Origin: Macrostomum lignano
Lineage: Eukaryota
NCBI GenBank assembly: GCA_002269645.1
Contig: NIVC01001605.1
Location: 1-64,000 of the forward strand
Reading direction: 5' to 3'
DNA: 64,000 nucleotides
Shown: positions 44,170-56,300 of the stretch, piece by piece
How the letters are laid out: every line of letters begins with the position of its first letter
How positions within the stretch are numbered: position 1 is the first letter of the stretch
Notes under the pieces: generated by a model
What the model saw: the letters and a program-made list of their open reading frames with translations, nothing else
What the model was told of the DNA's origin: nothing
The model's database searches: none
Translations under genes and position numbers: made by a program

Positions 44170-45629
44170 ATGACTGCAGCTAGCAGTGCAGCTCTGCTGG
44201 CTCTGCTGTCCGCCCTCTGCTGCCAGTTTGTCCGCTGCGCCACCTTCACGGTGCCGACTGTCAACCTCTGCGCTGTCGAACTGCCCCTTCCAGGTGCAAT
44301 CAATGCCACGTTCAAGGAGGTCTCCGGGGTCACGGATTATCGGATCTGCGCCGTGGAATGCGCAGCCAGAGGGCGGCTGAGTTGCTCCGTGTTCCAGATG
44401 CTGCATCCGGGAGACAAGGTCGGCTCGGTGACGCTGAGCAGCGGAAAGTGCGTGCTCGGCTCCTCGTGCGACCTCGCCGACAAGTGGAAGTCGCAGTCGG
44501 GCTCGGGCTGTCTGACGCAGCTGCTGGATAACCGGCCTGAATGTAGTGCGACCACGGCTGCAACAACTGCGACAGCAACGACCGCAACTCCGATTACAGC
44601 GATCACAACTTCGACAACAACGACCACACCTCCGACAAAAACAACGACTGCTGTCCCACAAGTGTTGACCGGTAAGTTTTTGTTATCTTAATGCACAATT
44701 GCTTTTAGATATAACCAAAACATTTTCCTAGCTCGTACATGCGTGTTAATAAAAAGTAGCTCAAATCTCATTGTCGCTTAATCTCATTTAAAAAGCAACC
44801 AATTCGCTGAATCCAATGCAGCCCCGGCGGCTGCGACTACCCAGACGGGCAGCCTCGTGACCCATCCGATCGACGCCACCGGCTGCTACAAGATCAGCGC
44901 TTGGGGCGCTCGAGGCGGCAGCGCCGGTGGCTCCACGGTCGGCGGCAAGGGCGCCCTCGCATCCGGCTACTTCAGACTGGACGCCGGAGTCATGCTGGCG
45001 ATTATCGTTGGGAAGGTCGGCAGCGACAAGCTTGGCGGTGGAAATGACGCCGCTGGCGGCGGCGGTGGCACCTTCGTCTATGTCGACGGTATCGACACGT
45101 CGTCAGCGCTGCCGCTGGTCGCGGCTGGCGGCGGCAGCGGATCCGGTGACAGCTGCGACGGAATCGACGGAAGCAGCGACCAGCCCGGGACCAGCGGCGG
45201 CGGCGACGGAGCGGGCGCTGGCGGCACAGACGGCAACGGCGGCCAAGCGAGGACATCTGGCAGTGGAAACGGCGGCGCCGGCGCCGGTTGGTGGTCGGCA
45301 GGCGACGACGGCTTCGGTGGAAAGAATGGTCGCGGCGGTAAGAGCTTCGGCAGCAGCTGGAGCGGCGGCGACGGCGACGACGCGTTTGGAGGCTACGGAG
45401 GCGGCGGCGGAGGCGGCGGCGGCGGCAGCAGCTCCGGCGGGGGCGGAGGCGGCGGCTTCTCGGGCGGCGGCGGCGGCTCGGGCAATTGCGGGGTGGCGGC
45501 GGCGGCGGCAGCTTCGTAGCGGCCGAGGCGACGAGCGTCGTGAGGACGAGCGGAGCGAACTCGGAGCCGAACGGTCGAGCGGAGGTGCAGCTGGTTGTGC
45601 CGTCCACCGCACTGCTGTGTGTGCTGTGA
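44170..45629 (+). CDS. Secreted PAN-mucin-Gly-rich protein, paralog 3; exons 44170-44671, 44822-45629; very short stalk; 1-nt deletion in a G run near 45492
   Basis: Same architecture and intron as paralogs 1 and 2. TGCGGGGTGGC here versus TGCGGGGGTGGC in paralog 1. After the shift the frame reads GSFVAAEATSVVRTSGANSEPNGRAEVQLVVPSTALLCVL*. TATAAA at 44081-44086. Confidence 0.78.
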
Positions 45630-46144
45630 CGGCTAAACTGCGACTCGATGTACTTCGGACTCTGATCGATTGAAGCTTAAGTGTTTTATCGACCCTACGT
45701 ACCATATTGAACTGGTGTTGTGACGTAACCAGGACCCTGGTGGGGCCATTTGAAATACGAGGGGTAAGACCGATCGCCGACAACTAGATCCCGGAAGTTT
45801 GGTGCCGCTATTGAACTGAAAGTTCTTAGATTGTTAACGTTTTCAATGGTTTATCGGAGAATATATTATTTAAATTCGCATATTGGCTTTTTGGTTAGTT
45901 GTTTTGATGTCTTTTAGATTCTAAAATGCATACTATATTTACAATGCTACTTGCACTGGATCTGCTTAGCTGGGTGCAAGCAAAGCATCGGTTTCCTTTA
46001 GTTTAATGGGCATGCACGCTCGTGAAAGCAAATACTACATACATGTAGATGACTGTCTGTTCAATCGAGGAAATTGCATAGAAATAAAAGTACAGAGACA
46101 ATCATACGACAATCAAAGCAATACTGCTCATACTTTTGTGTGGC

Positions 46145-46290
46145 CGAGCAGCTGTAAAATGGGTGCCGATATTAGCTGGGGTAATTGAGGATGTGTGGCG
46201 ACCTTCTAGTTCTTGGACTGACAGCCGTACGCAGCCTTCAGATGCGCTGCGCAATAGTGGTGGCTGAGCTGTCGTCAATTCAGCATTGCT
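46145..46290 (+). mobile_element. Partial copy of the CORE-like SINE at 47005-47255
   Basis: CTGTAAAATGGGTGCC..TTAGCTGGGGTAATTGAGG..GCAGCCTTCAG is shared with 47135-47240. Confidence 0.6.
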
Positions 46291-47004
46291 GAAACTCATA
46301 AATCATTTTGTATCCAAATTGAATTATATATGGCCGCACCTGTCACTTTTTGAGGGTTGCTGGGAGGAGAGTTGACAGGATCTCTTGGCTTTTTGGTTTG
46401 AGTAGCAACAAGCCAATCAGAAAATTCAATGTGCGTTTTAACAAAACGGCTCAGCCAAATAGAATCGACGTGTTCCGGTATAACAAAGCACAGGCCACTT
46501 TTCGACTATTTAAACTGCCGGTTTCGACGCACTCAACCGTCTCCTAAGTGAAGACTGGTCTGGAGACCACGGTTCCCCTCCCCGATTGCTGATTCGCCCC
46601 ATCTTCGGATCGCGACATCAAGTTGGAAGGCAGCATCTGCGCCGTCAACTGCCAGAACTTCATCGAGAGTCGGCTGTCACCTGAGCTATCTGAGTCTCGG
46701 AACTCTTTGCCTATTTGCAGTCCGAGTACCTGACTGGTTGGATGAGAGGCTACTTGATCTTGCTTAGCTGGGAGCACTCTTCATCTGTCTCTGTTCTCAG
46801 TAGTTTGATTGAGTAGTATTGCAATTTACTTGCTTGAATTTTTCTTGTACTTAAGTTTTCAACGTAGAAATCTATTGTTTAATACTAAGAGTAGCTTGTT
46901 TGCTCTGAATCAGTTAAAGCAATCGTGAGCAGAGTGAAAAGGCAAATTTGATCCATAGCTCGTAATTTATTTTATTTGCTTTGTTTTGATTTCTAAACTC
47001 CCTA

Positions 47005-47255
47005 GGGTTGTAATTTTAGCCTAAAGCGTCGGACTCATAACTGAAAGGTCGGTGATCCGATTATCGACCCAACTTGAGTTGAGCAAGTGCTTTTGAGAAA
47101 GACACTCAACTCTGCAGTGATTCAATTCAGCCATCTGTAAAATGGGTGCCAGCCTTAGCTGGGGTAATTGAGGGTGTGTGGCAACCCCCAGTTCTTGTAC
47201 TGAACAGCCTTACGCAGCCTTCAGCTGCGGCTGAGCTGTCGGTTGCACATCTGGT
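47005..47255 (+). mobile_element. tRNA-headed CORE-like SINE
   Basis: tRNA-like head AAAGCGTCGGACTCATAACTGAAAGGTCGGTG, then GAGAAAGACACTCAACTC and CATCTGTAAAATGGG, which resemble CORE-SINE motifs. Confidence 0.6.
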
Positions 47256-48001
47256 CATATTGGAATGTAAGATTGCAACAATAAGAGAATTCACCAGCAA
47301 GGATTTCAGAGGGCCATGACTGCTCTGCACCAATGCTATTGGAGAGTTCGCAGGCAAGAACCCCCTGCAAAAAGTCCTCTTTGTCCCCGCATGGTCAATG
47401 CAATTCCAAGCAGTGTTTCTTTTACATGTATTACATGTAGCTGTGGCTTCGAGACTGATAGCTAAAAGACGCTGGTTGGTCCAGGACTCCAGAGCATCTT
47501 CTAGTCGGAAACCCAATTTAGAGAGAGCTGGGTTAATGAGCCATCAGTTCGCACGGGTTGGTGGGGGCATAGGATTATCTCTACCTTTCACACCTTTCAA
47601 ATTCTTCCCCTGCTCGTCTCTAGCAGAAAACACGAGTTTAGTCTCAAGCTCAAGTAATATTAAATCATAATTTATTGAAGCCCATTTTTTATTGTCTGAT
47701 AAGTGCCTGTCTATGGTCGTTTCCGGATTAAAAATGTACCCTAAAAGTTTGAGCTCAATCAAGTCTATTATGCTGTCTCGCAAAGTAAAAAGCTCAGAGA
47801 CATTTTAATTATTAAAACATAAGCTTGGACAATAGTATTGAATGTTTAATCATGACCAATGCTGTCCATTGGTCAATCGTGTCGATGTAAGTAGCAATGC
47901 ATCCTGTGACGCCGAAGTCAACTTCACAAATGCATCACCTAACTGGTAATCAATAACCGAACTCGAGGTGAATAGCATTGACCGCCAATCCAGCGACTTG
48001 A

Positions 48002-49063
48002 ATGGGCCGAATTCTGCAGGACATTGACTTGAAAAACCTGGCCAACCGGCTTCTTACCTTTGATGTTGACGATGTTGAGAATCACGTGCCGCTCACTGCG
48101 GCTGAGTGCCTGTCCGTCTGTCACATGGCCGTCGAGGCTATGAGATCCACAGACATCTGCATCCACATCAAGACGCCAATCAACATTGTGGGCGACTTGC
48201 ACGGCCAGTTCCACGATCTGCTTCGAATATTCGACGCGCTCGGCCAGCCGCCCGAGTCGCGCTTTCTGTTCCTCGGCGACTACATCGACCGAGGCAAGTA
48301 CTCGCTCGAGGTGATGACGCTGCTGTTTGTGCTGATGCTGCTGTATCCGAACTCGGTGTACCTGCTTCGAGGCAACCACGAGACGGCCAACATCTGCTGC
48401 AGGTACGGATTCAAAGACGAAATCGGGATGCGGTTTATCAAAGCGCAGGCGCACAAAGTGCTTGGTGGATTCGTCAGAACCTTCCAATGGATGTCGATGT
48501 GCGCAATTATAGATGGCCAGATCTTCTGCTGTCACGGCGGCATCTCGCCGAGCTACATGCTGCAACCCTTTAACCTACGAGGCGGACAGCAGGCCAATGT
48601 CCAGGCGTTGAACGAGTCCAAGAAGCCAGTGGAACCGTCTAGACCCAGCGTTTTGTGCGACATCATCTGGGCGGATCCCATGAGCGGCGTAATGAATGTG
48701 CAGTTCAGCCCGACGTCGGAGAGTCTCACTGAGGCCAAGTGGCTGCCAAATAAACGCGGCTGCTCCTTCATGTTCTCGGGCGTAGCATTGGAGGAGGTGA
48801 TGCGGATGTTCCAGACCCAAATGCTGATTCGGGGTCACCAAGTCGCACAAAATGGTTTTTTGACGCACCACAATCGACGCTGCGTCACCGTATTTAGCGC
48901 GCCAGGCTACTGTGGTGTCTACAACAACGCGTGCAGCATCCTGCAGGTGGACCGCATGGTAGACAACAATCGACATCCAGGCAGCTTTTTTATTATCAGA
49001 CCGACGCACAGGGACGCAGCCGCAATTAACAACCTGTTCTGGACTGAGCTCAGAGACATTTAA
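48002..49063 (+). CDS. Intronless divergent PP1-like Ser/Thr protein phosphatase (PPP family), 353 aa
   Basis: All PPP metal/catalytic motifs are present: GDLHGQ, GDYIDRG, RGNHE, HGGISP, DIIWADP, NKRG, RGHQ and FSAPGYC (canonical SAPNYC). Confidence 0.93.
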   Translation: MGRILQDIDLKNLANRLLTFDVDDVENHVPLTAAECLSVCHMAVEAMRSTDICIHIKTPINIVGDLHGQFHDLLRIFDALGQPPESRFLFLGDYIDRGKYSLEVMTLLFVLMLLYPNSVYLLRGNHETANICCRYGFKDEIGMRFIKAQAHKVLGGFVRTFQWMSMCAIIDGQIFCCHGGISPSYMLQPFNLRGGQQANVQALNESKKPVEPSRPSVLCDIIWADPMSGVMNVQFSPTSESLTEAKWLPNKRGCSFMFSGVALEEVMRMFQTQMLIRGHQVAQNGFLTHHNRRCVTVFSAPGYCGVYNNACSILQVDRMVDNNRHPGSFFIIRPTHRDAAAINNLFWTELRDI

Positions 49064-50554
49064 CGTCCATGGCTTTAACGTCCTTTGATCAGCGTCTCGG
49101 CCCCGTCCACTTGTTATACTCTCTTTCATTTTTTCTCAAAAATTATATAAAGCTACTCTTTCTATGTGTATTCACATCTTTTTAAAAAAAGACTGGCTAA
49201 GTCTATAGATTGTACTGTCGTTCGCAAACCATCCGCTTCATAGTTAACTATGCTGGTTTCCATCGTGGATTTCAAATAGCAAGAACCCAATCAAGCGTAC
49301 ACTTATTTGAGTATTAGTAGCGCAATTATCAATCTCAAAAGTATCGCTGACAATTTTTAGCTGATGACGACCTGTCAAACTTTTATTGATACGCTAATTA
49401 GATAAAAACTTTTTGTACAGCATGGTTACTGATAAAAGCCAAAATATTTGAAATGGTCGCTACCTTAGGCGTAAGAAAAAGATCAAGTTCGTCCTAAAAG
49501 CTTGTGAAAGTTGGGTCTTGTGAAATGATCGAATACGAATTGAAGCAACTGTAAACATTTATTCACAGCGACTCTTCACCACATGCAGCCTGGAGTTCTT
49601 GGCATCACGTGTTATAAATGCTCTTTGTACACATTTGCTCTTTCTCAGCTGGGGCCATGACCGCCGGTACAATTCCGCCAGGCTGGGTAGCATGCAGTCT
49701 TAGTGTGACGAAAGGACCAACAGGTCCCATATGTGTTTGAAGGTGCATACCATGAAAAAGCGCGGCGGCCACACTCAGTTACCCACGCAAAAGTACACCC
49801 GAGGCTAACGAGACGGGACTCCATGAGCTATACATGAACGGGCAAAGTTTTAAGGGCCGATCTGGGGACTCTAGCATACATGTACAGCTGTACATACATG
49901 CATTGAACAGTTAAGACAAATGCTAGAACGGGGGTTTTCGCCTAGGGAATTTTTTAATTTGGGGTGCACAATTCCATAGCATTCGTGGATGATTATTTCC
50001 AAGTGAAAGATCTATATGTAGCTATAATAATTAAGTTTCCACCCCAAAGAACCGATCATAAAATATATGCTTCGGCCTAGCGAAGCATGGCAACTTCGGT
50101 GCTATAATTAAGCGACCGAGCCTGCCGTTTACTAACCCCAATTCCTAAACAAATGCTTCTTCAGCCAATACCAAAAGAGTTGTAACGCGCACAAACTCCC
50201 ACGTCGAGATCTCGATGTGCACAAGTCCTCCGAGAATTGAGACAATTTATCTGCGTTCAACCCAATTAAATTGTTTGTTATTCGATCAGAACAGCAGCTT
50301 GTCAAGTCCGTTAGCATCTCGACGTCCCAAATGTGAACCATTTCTCAGTCTTGTTTACCTCCTGTTATTCACCTTTGGTGTGACGGCGATGGCTCTACAC
50401 ATGGAATATTTCCATATAATTCCCATGTAATTATAGTTCCTGCTGCTAACACCATACATTTCCTGCAGCCTACACTATACTATACTGAGGCTAGAAAAGA
50501 CGCAGCTACCATATAAATTCTACATGTGGATTACATATGTAACTATACTACATA

Positions 50555-51660
50555 ACAAGTTTCTTAGACATTGACGTTGACGCCACCGATGAAACTATTT
50601 CGACCAGCGTGTATAGGAAACCTAGCTTTACCGGGCTTATGCTTAGGTTTGACGCCTTGTGCCCTAGACAATGGAAAACCGGATTGATTCGTTGCTTTCT
50701 TCACCGGGCTTTTTCCACTTGCAGCTCTTGGAGACTTTTCCACAACGAAGTTGAAATCCTCACCAATCTGCTCAGCTACAATGGCTATCCTAAGAACTTT
50801 GTGATGAAAATTGTCAACTCTTTTCTCAATGACAAACTGACTGAACCTAATCGGATGAAAGTTCGTGATTCCACCTCTGAATGTCCCTTGATCACTTTGC
50901 CTTACTTTGGTGTTTGTTCTATAGAGTTTAAAAAGAAGTTAGAAAAGCTGCTCCGTAAAGACTTAAACACTCAAATCCGTGTTGTGTTTCGCACCGAAAA
51001 GATTGCTAAGTTTGTCTGCAAGTTGAAATCCAGTGTTCCACGTCCTCTCGCGGCTGGTGTCGTGTATAAATTTGTTTGCTCTGAGGACCAGAGCATCTCC
51101 TACATAGGAAAAACTAAACGACACTTATACACGAGGGTCAGAGAGCACTGGCTAAAAAACTCTGCTATTAACGAACACCTGCTAACCTGCAATTCTTGTT
51201 GTGAGGCTGAACCACACGAAATGATAAAGGCTATTGATTTTTGTAATAGAGATCACATGCTCTGCCTATTAGAAGCCCTGTACATTAAGACCAAACAGCC
51301 CACGTTAAATAACCAACTTGCGATGGGTGGGGCTAGCCGTCAACTCAGAATTTTTTAGCTGATTTGTCAATGACCGGACTGGCTTGAAACTGATATGCAC
51401 TTTACCCAACCAATACTGTATCAAAAATTGATTACTATGTACAAGTTTTAAACCATCAATTAAAAACTCAATTCAACTACTCTTGTTACTCTCAACTATC
51501 TATATATACTGAATATTCGTTCAAATTGTTTCTCAATAAAAAGACCCTGACGATGTCCTAATGCAAATGGACGAAATGCATCGGCAACTCAAATAATACT
51601 TCATGTTGATATTTACCTTTATTTATCTACTCTTCATCAAGCGAGCCACTTTACCTGATA
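50555..51660 (+). mobile_element. 5'-truncated Penelope-like element (RT thumb + GIY-YIG endonuclease) with 3' pLTR region
   Basis: FLDIDV..TSVYRKPSFTG, LSYNGYP, TLPYFG, GVVYKFVC..SYIGKTKRHLYTRVREH and LEALYIKTKQPTLN; open to the stop at 51358. Confidence 0.9.
51545..51584 (+). ncRNA. Minimal type I hammerhead ribozyme-like motif in the Penelope 3' region
   Basis: CC-CTGACGA-T-GTCC-loop-GGAC-GAAA-TGC-ATC-GG: core CUGANGA/GAAA, 4-bp stem II, palindromic ATGCAT stem III and an AUC cleavage triplet. Stem I is only 2 bp. Confidence 0.5.
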
Positions 51661-52295
51661 ACAAGTTGCTATTATAAAGTATTGATTAAGACATTTTGAC
51701 GGTCGATTGTGCATGTACGCTCGTACTAAAAGCGATAAAAAGTGTGCTTTTTTCTAAAGCTGCGATTGTATCAGACACAATCAAAACAGCTGAAATAGAT
51801 AGCGTTTTTCTCGGGGTGGCCTGGTAGGTCTTTGAATCCCACCGCTGCCACCAGTGAAGTACAATGGGTTTTCTTCCCGGTTTAGGCCCTTGCGGATTAC
51901 CTTAATCTTGAGCCTCTTCAGTGGGAAGTTCTCTCAACTCTCTCAGTAGCGTAGGTAGTGCTGCCACCAGTTCCTTCAGGTCTCGGCCTTCGATAAGGTG
52001 AGCTTCCCGTCGGAACGAAATAAACAAGTCAACGAACTCAGCACAGTGTGCAGATTTGCAGATTAATGAACAAGGCGTCCTGATCAGCAGATCCCCGCCG
52101 GGCTCAGGGGTGGCTGGGAAGGCAGTGTTAGCCTCCCTTAGGCTTGGGCTTTAGTGGGGTCTCAGTCAGACCAGTACAAACGGATTCAGTACGCAAAGGG
52201 CACTTAGTTAGACACTGACGCACACGGGTTCTTAGTGAATTCTCCGCAGATAAGAAGCCAAAAATCCTTGACGGAAACAAGGGGAGAGGGGTCCT

Positions 52296-52500
52296 ATTTA
52301 TAGCCGGGAAACACCCACGCACAAGACCTCGTGACTTGTTCTATTTTTAGAACTGACGTCACTTGAGATCTCGAGGCAGGGTCTCAGTGCGCGCAAGACC
52401 TCGTGACTCGTTCTATTTTTAGAACTGACGTCACTTGAGGTCTCCGGCCAGAGTACACGCGGCTGTGACTCAGTTGCTATTTTTAGCAACATGAGTCACT
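52296..52500 (-). promoter_or_regulatory. LTR U3 promoter: TATAAAT (52296-52302), duplicated ~70-nt enhancer with TGACGTCA sites, palindromic AP-1-flanked element (mirrored in the other LTR at +8005)
   Basis: Two GACCTCGTGAC..GTTCTATTTTTAGAACTGACGTCACTTGAG copies; GTGACTCAGTTGCTA-TTTT-TAGCAACATGAGTCAC at 52465-52499. Confidence 0.55.
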
Positions 52501-53382
52501 CCTCTCCTTAGAGAAGGGAGGGTTCCGAAAGCACGTGATTCTCCCGGTAAACAGGGCCAACGAGTGCAGTAAACATGTTTACTGCACTTTAGGACTCGAA
52601 GAACGCAGAGTCTGTCATGTGACTTGCTCACATGACAGAGGAAAACGGGACGGGAACGAAACAGAGACAGCCCACAGCAGAGAAGCTGAGGGCTGAGAAC
52701 AGAGACGCAGAAGGGCAGAACAGGCCAAGGGCAGCAACAGACGGGCCAAGGGGGGTGGGAAGCTGACCAGCGGCAGACAGCAACCCAGGGCGAGGGCGAG
52801 GGAGACTGCTGACAAAGTGGGACGCCTAACATCAACTAGCGGATCACTACACTCTCCCCGTTCAAATGAAGAGGCGGAGTGAAAGCGAAGCGCGCTTTAT
52901 TTAATAAACAAAATAGTGATTTTACTAAATAAAATTATTACAAATGCCTGGCAAAAGGATGGCAGTGTCACAAGGCATGCAAATTATTACACGGCTGGGC
53001 CAAGGTCAGGATTGTGACCCAAAATGGCGAAGCACCAATAGCACCGGTGGGTTGCCCACGCCAAGGCAGAGCCCTAGAAAATCATAAAATCGGAGGGGCT
53101 GGCAAGTCCCTCGGGCGTACGCAGAATCAGGACCTCAGTCCAACAGCGGTTTGGGGGCGCCGGCCCGGAAAATGGGCGCCTAAATATACGGGATACCATA
53201 GACAGCCGGCAGAGCCCGTCACTGGGGAGAAGGGGGATGCAGAACTGCATCAGAGCAACAGCTCACGGGAAGATAAAAGAGTACGCATTGCGGGGGCGCT
53301 GGCCTGCTATTGAGGCGCCACATAAAGTAGAGCAGGGAAAAATCAGAGGGTGCCTGTCAGCACCAAGTCCACAGAGTCAGAG

Positions 53383-56300
53383 TTAATCGCTGCGTTGGGT
53401 TGATCGGTGCACGCAGATGCGGGCAGTGCGACTAACATACGTCTTGGCCCTAGGATTAATAATTAGCCTCTCAGGCTGCCTACGATTCCTAGCCGGCCTA
53501 CCGACATCTACAGACCCTAATGACGCTTCCACCGGAGTGGTGCATAACGACGGCCCAGGGGTCTGGACCACAGAAAAAGCAGCACTGGGAGCGGGAGCAG
53601 AAACGGGCGGAAAAGAAACAGCAGGCATAGACGCATCAAGAACAGGCTTATGCAGATGACATTCACCATACGGCACTGGCTCACGCCGAAGTGCACTTGC
53701 CTGGTTCGCTGGTGTCGTGACCGGTCCACCTCCTGGCTGCACCTCCGGGATCGCCAAAGGCCGGAAGTGCCATCGGAAGGCCGGCCTTGCGTCGTAGCCG
53801 TCATCATCGTCATCGTCGGGGTCGTCCTGGTCGTCCTCGGGGATTGGCGTCAGGTCGCGGGTCCTGCGCCGTCGGGGACGTCGGGCGGCCGCCGGCGTTT
53901 CTTCGGTTTGTCGACTTCAGGGTCCGAAGTTCTCGTGTAGTCAGCGTCAGGCACGAGCAGAAGGTTCCGGCGATGGACGACTAGTTCGTCTCGTCTAGCT
54001 CTCGGGTTTGGCAGTCTCCGTCGAATCTTGTAGACGACCTCGCCCTTGGGCTCGACGACTTCGTATAGGGCTTTGCGAGGTCGATGAAACTTCGCCGCCT
54101 CATCCGGTTCGAGTACCGGGTTGTTGAGGAAGACCAGATCTCCGGGTTGAAGCTTCTTGGCGACGGGCAGGTTCGAATAGTGCTCGTCTCGCAATTGCTG
54201 GTGCAGGTGCAGGCGCTCCTTGGCCAGCTCAGTCGCCTCGTCCAGGCGACGTTGGAAGTCCTTGACGTAGTCGGGCAGGTCGGCGTACTCGGGCAGCTTC
54301 TTCAGCGCGTTGTCGATCGGGAGTCGGAAATCACGGCCGAACACCAGGTAGTGAGGCGTGAAGCCGGTCACCGGGTGCACGCTGGAGCGGAGAGCCATCA
54401 GACAGGCCGGGAGGAAGGTGTCCCAGTCGTTGTGGTTGCGCTCGAGCAGACAGGTGAGGACACTCTTCAGCTGTTTGTTGAGGTTCTCGACTTGTCCGTT
54501 GGAAGCTGGATTGTACGGTGTTGTTGTCGTATGCCGAATGCCAAACAGGTCGCAGAACTTCTTGAAGGCTGAGCCGGTGAAGTTGGTGCCTTGGTCAGTG
54601 TGGATCCAGCATGGTACACCGAACTCGGGGATGAAGCGCTCCTGCAGAAGCTTGATGACTGTTTTGGCTTTCTGGTTTCTCATCGGGTAGGCGAATGGAT
54701 ACTTCGACGTCGCATCGCACAAGGTCAGGATGTAGCGGTTGCCGCTCTTGCTCTTCTGCGCGATTGGTCCTACTACATCACAGTGGATTCTACCCAGAAC
54801 TTCGCAAACTGGGAAGCTCTGGACCGGAACTCTCTCTCGCCGTCGCGATTTACTTTCAAGGCAAGTGCGGCACTTACTGATGAAGGTCTTGGTAGCACGG
54901 GCTAATCCGGGTCTCCAGAACCGTTCTCGTAGCCGCAGTAACGTCTTCGTCTCGCCGAGGTGTCCACACAGTGGCGAACTGTGGAGCTCCTGGAGCACCT
55001 GGGCGTCAAGGGCCTCAGGCAGAACAACCTTTGGCGGCTGCTGGCCATCGGACAGGTCAATCAGCAGCAGGCCGTTGTCCTCCTGCAGGTTCTCATAGTA
55101 TCCGAGCAGGTTCCGCTGCTCCTTCGTCAGGCGCAACCGGGCGTCGAACTCAGGCTTCGGGGCTTCGTTCTTGACCAGGTTGAGCACGTAGCTGATGGCT
55201 CGGTCAGCGCGCTGGGCTTCAACGAACTGTTGGCGAGTCATCGGCAGCTTCAGAAAATCAGTGAGCACAGCGCGGCATGGCTGAGGGGTCCGGATTCCCG
55301 CAGTCTCCGCTTTAATGGCTCCAGGTCGATCACACGGCACCGTCTTGTCGGCGTCAGGATTAGGTCGCTCCGAGGGACTTTGTCTCGCAACGTCGGCGTA
55401 CGTCCGTTGATCTCGTTTCGAAGTTCTCATCGTCGCTCTATTGACAGAAAAATCCGCAGATGGAGCAGTGCACATGCCTCCACTGCCTAGCCCAGGCGAC
55501 TCTTGGCTGTAGGGCGGGACGCAACACGTGAAGCACGCCTCGTCACTGGCAGCCGTAGCCGTCGGCTCAGTCGTCGTCAAATCTGGGTGAGTCTTCTCCT
55601 GCACTGGGCGGTGTCGCAAAGGGGGAATCGACTTTCCGCACAGGCGATGAGCAGCTGTCTGTCGGCCCGGGGGACAGAGCTTCGACCTTGCAGCTGGCGC
55701 GAGATTCTGGCCCCTGTCAACATGGCGAGAGATCTCAGCGAAAGGCTCAGAAGGGTTGTACTTAGGTTGCTGTCCTGGAGTTGCGTTGCGGGCCGTCATC
55801 AGAAGGGCTGCTGGCGCGGTGGCCTTTGAATCTTGGTCCGTGGGCGTCTCCAGATTCCGAGACCGGAAGTCTTGGGCGTCGTCAAGGAGGTCTGCTTCGG
55901 CGGTGGCCTCTAGGACTTCGTCCAGGTTGGTCTCCAGGTAACGGCAGTCGGCGTGGGCATCGCTGCAGAGGGCTGTCGTCACAGTGGCCTCTGGGTTGTC
56001 GTCCAGGCCGATCTCCAGGCGTTGACTGCAGCGGTGGGCGTCGTGCTGGAAGGCTGCTGGCGCGGTGGCTTCCAGGTCTTCGTCCAGGTCAGTCTCGGCC
56101 TCCAGGTAGCGAGGGTGGACAGTCTTCGGGAGGGCTGCTCTGGCAGTGGCCTCGGGTGTCGCGTCCAAGTCCGTCTCCAGGAAACGTCGGCGCTCAGTCT
56201 TGGGGCTGCCGCCGGCACCGGGTTGGGCTGTAGAACCAGGTTGCTTTAGCAGTCGGCCATGCTCGAAGTTGATCGGTGGTGTCTCCGGTCTTCTTGACAG

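Noticed and set aside
47260-47800. Possible minus-strand LINE RT/zinc-finger fragment (LKLLGYIF, CNTC)
   Set aside because: The similarity is too weak and fragmentary to assign by eye.
50067-50088. ATGCTTCG-GCCTAG-CGAAGCAT hairpin as a Helitron 3' end (also the 11-bp hairpin at 24900-24925)
   Set aside because: No canonical CTAG terminus at the expected distance and no supporting element body.
52860-53380. env-like third ORF in the Gypsy 3' region
   Set aside because: No long sense ORF, signal peptide or TM segment; the ORF at 53757-53383 is best read as the frameshifted integrase tail.
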